A stretch of 9,950 nt of DNA, taken from NCBI RefSeq assembly GCF_006345805.1, contig NW_021827651.1, positions 1 through 9,950 on the forward strand, given 5' to 3'. This DNA comes from Octopus sinensis (lineage: Eukaryota). The position numbers and the translations under genes were made by a program. The notes under the pieces are model-generated. The model searched no databases and was not told the origin of the DNA. It worked only from the letters and a program-made list of their open reading frames with translations. Below, in pieces: positions 7,796 to 9,950 of the stretch; the first letter of the stretch is position 1; every line of letters starts with the position of its first letter.

Positions 7796-7800
7796 ACTGT

Positions 7801-7945
7801 ATTGGTTTCAAATTTTGACTCAAGGACAAGTTCGGGCCCGGTGCTCAATAAGTCCTTATTTTGTCGATCCCGAAAGGATGGAAGGCAAAGTCGACCTCGG
7901 CGGAATTGGAACGTTAAGACGGACGAAATGCCGTTAAGCATAATG
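7801..7945 (-). mobile_element. tRNA-derived SINE (family D), less diverged copy with internal deletions
   Basis: Minus strand reads ATGCTTAACGGCATTTCGTCCGTCTTAACGTTCCAATTCCGCCGAGGTCGACTTTGCCTTCCATCCTTTCGGGATCGACAAAATAAG...CAAAATTTGAAACCAAT. Recognised from recall as a common cephalopod SINE; a homologue lies immediately to its left. Confidence 0.7.
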
Positions 7946-8256
7946 TAAGAAGTCTTGCGAAACATCACTGGCACTGCCTTCCTTTTTAGCCTAAGAGATG
8001 AAAAAAGAATATATAATTCTCAGACGGAGTTAGCGTGTCCACAGAATATGAAAGCTGGTATTTGAATTACATATGGAACCCATCAGGAGAGCATTCGCAG
8101 TTGCAATTCAGCCAATTTTATTTGCACCCCTACAGATGAATTGCAGTTACTCTCTTGACAGAACTTGGTGATCCTGACCGTTGATCTTTTAGGATTCCTC
8201 CACTCAGCATCAATGAAAGAAGCATCATTAGCTCAGTTGAGATCTTCTGCTAACTC

Positions 8257-8552
8257 TTCACAATCTGCCATGCTGCAGTCCCATGACTTTGCCGTATCCT
8301 TGGCAGGGTGGCTGAAGAGGTGCTTTACCTTGCCAAAGGGCAACCAGTAATTATGCAGGGCGTGGTCATCACTTCACAAAGTATTCTCAAAATACCCACA
8401 TACCCTTTTCACCAAGCTATTTCATTCTTATTCTACCTCACCTCTCTCTCTACCCTCTCACATAGCCAGCTTTCACAATGCCATCTCTGCAGTCCCATGA
8501 GTTTGCCGTATCCTTGGCAGGGTGGCTAAACGAATGCTATGCTTTGCCAAAG
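8257..8552 (+). repeat. dispersed direct repeat of about 80 bp (8257-8338 and 8472-8552, offset 214 bp)
   Basis: Core TGCAGTCCCATGA(C/G)TTTGCCGTATCCTTGGCAGGGTGGCT matches at 39 of 40 positions. Confidence 0.9.
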
Positions 8553-8563
8553 ACACACGCAAA

Positions 8564-9090
8564 GTTGACCTTTTCGGATTGGTAAAAGAACTCAAGACGC
8601 ACGGACTCTGTGGAGAGCATGGCACAACTTCACCTTCTATATTACAGACCCGTACAACAAGAATTACCCAAATGTGTTACATTCATAAACGTTAATTAAT
8701 AACGAAACTGTTATCCAGTGGTTCGTAGGGAATGTCTCTCTGGAGGGGTCTATTCTGTTAATGTAAGGGACAGAAATAGGGCCCCGAGGTGAATAGCCGG
8801 CACTTGGTTCCTTACATTAGTTGGTTTCTTCAAAAGTACGAAGCCCACATCAAAATTGCCAAATATTTCCATGATTACGTATTCAAAGACTCAGACATTT
8901 GTCATAATATCAGCGAAACAATCTTTTCACTATTCGAATTTGCCGGCAGGGTGCGCTCGCATAGATACACATCACACGTCCTCTACCTCTACCCGTCACA
9001 GATGCCTTATTACAACCATAGACAAATGCAAGCATGTGTATAGGAACGAGTATTCAAAGTTTCAACAATATTCCTAAAGAATTTTTTGTG
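8564..9090 (+). pseudogene. Helitron Rep (rolling-circle replication initiator) domain remnant, frameshifted
   Basis: Ordered motifs across frameshifts: DLFGLVKELKTHGLCGEHGTTSP (HGPCG-like, 8600-8614), YNKNYPN (8653), YPVVRR (8712), NSRHLVPY (8792), KYEAHI (8834), KYFHDYVFK (catalytic YxxxY), FSLFEF..RSH, NNIPKEFFV (9064-9090). Confidence 0.8.
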
Positions 9091-9232
9091 TAAAAATTCA
9101 AATATGCTAAATAAATAAATAGTTATTATATCTCGAAGACAGTTCTGTCAGAGAGATGCGAAGTCAGGATGAAATATTGTAGAACATTAACTCTCCGGTT
9201 CTAACACTCCTCAGACTTTCAGTAATCGAACA

Positions 9233-9310
<78 letters not shown>

Positions 9311-9315
9311 CCTAC

Positions 9316-9391
<76 letters not shown>

Positions 9392-9412
9392 AAATTTATT
9401 TATTTATTTATT
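9233..9412. repeat. (CTAT)n (GATA) microsatellite of about 160 bp followed by a short (TTTA)n
   Basis: Directly visible, with one CTACCTAC interruption near 9310. Confidence 0.98.
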
Positions 9413-9584
9413 CACAAGACTACAGAAGGATGTGTTGTTCGATTCCTTGCATAATAGCGTCGATAAAATGCAATAAATTCATTGGAGAACCAACAATGGT
9501 CTCATTCTTCAATATTCGCCAATTATATTCCATTAATAAAATTTCCAAAATTCATGACAAGACTTTCATGTTTGATTAGCTCTT

Positions 9585-9757
9585 TTGCCTCCTCCTTCTC
9601 CTCCTCCTGCCCCTTCTTTTGCAACTCTTCCTCTTCCTACTCTTCTTCCTACACCTCCTGTCAATTCTTCTTCTTCTTCTTCTTCTTCTTCTTCTTCTTC
9701 TTCTTCTTCTTCTTCTTCTTCTTCTTCTTCTTCTTCTTCTTCTTCTTCTTCTTCTCC
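9585..9757. repeat. polypyrimidine tract: degenerate CTC/CTT followed by pure (TTC)n (about 9666-9752)
   Basis: Directly visible. Confidence 0.97.
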
Positions 9758-9950
9758 TTCGTTTTTCATCCTTTTTTTTTGTCTCTTTTCATTTCTATCT
9801 TTGTTGCCGAAATATAAGTTATCAACTAAGATTCAAAGTAACTGAATGACAGCCATCACACAGCAGGTTCCTCTTGACACACAGACAGACAGCCAGCAGC
9901 GCATCTCGTCACGAAGCGTTTCTTATTCTAAATTGTTTATTTCTATATAG

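Noticed and set aside
8312-8340. Hammerhead ribozyme core CTGAAGA followed by a short stem
   Set aside because: The required GAAA after stem II is absent, and the motif is not kept in the duplicate copy.
8040-8390. Minus-strand reading (LHNYWLPFGKVKHLFSHP...KLAELQLRMLS) as a GTF2IRD2-like hAT transposase
   Set aside because: The similarity is vague and needs several ad hoc frameshifts; the adjacent plus-strand Helitron motifs are much stronger.
9482-9849. Poly-Phe, poly-Glu, poly-Ser and poly-Leu ORFs
   Set aside because: These are translations of the (TTC)n tract.
1-9950. CRISPR array or prokaryotic operon
   Set aside because: No regularly spaced repeat-spacer structure and no gene-dense organisation; the sequence is eukaryotic repeat-rich DNA.

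Overview
AT-rich, repeat-saturated eukaryotic non-coding DNA (intergenic or deep intronic). I found no host exon, intact gene, RNA gene or CRISPR array. The very dense (TACA)n/(TA)n/(CA)n/(GAT)n/(CTAT)n/(TTC)n microsatellites and the tRNA-derived SINE families resemble what I recall from cephalopod (Octopus-like) genomes; this taxon call is inference from memory. Almost all listed ORFs are microsatellite artefacts. Two protein-coding relics can be recognised: the C-terminal dimerisation domain of a hAT transposase (minus strand, 3156-3430) fused close to its own terminus, and a frameshifted Helitron Rep (rolling-circle initiator) fragment (plus strand, about 8564-9090). The window also has a probable hAT/Charlie-type MITE whose right end is tandemly duplicated, about nine SINE copies or fragments, a strong CTCF-like motif, a 42-bp palindrome and a predicted H-type pseudoknot in one SINE body. 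Nothing here amounts to a demonstrable new biological system; the most interesting items are transposon-derived.
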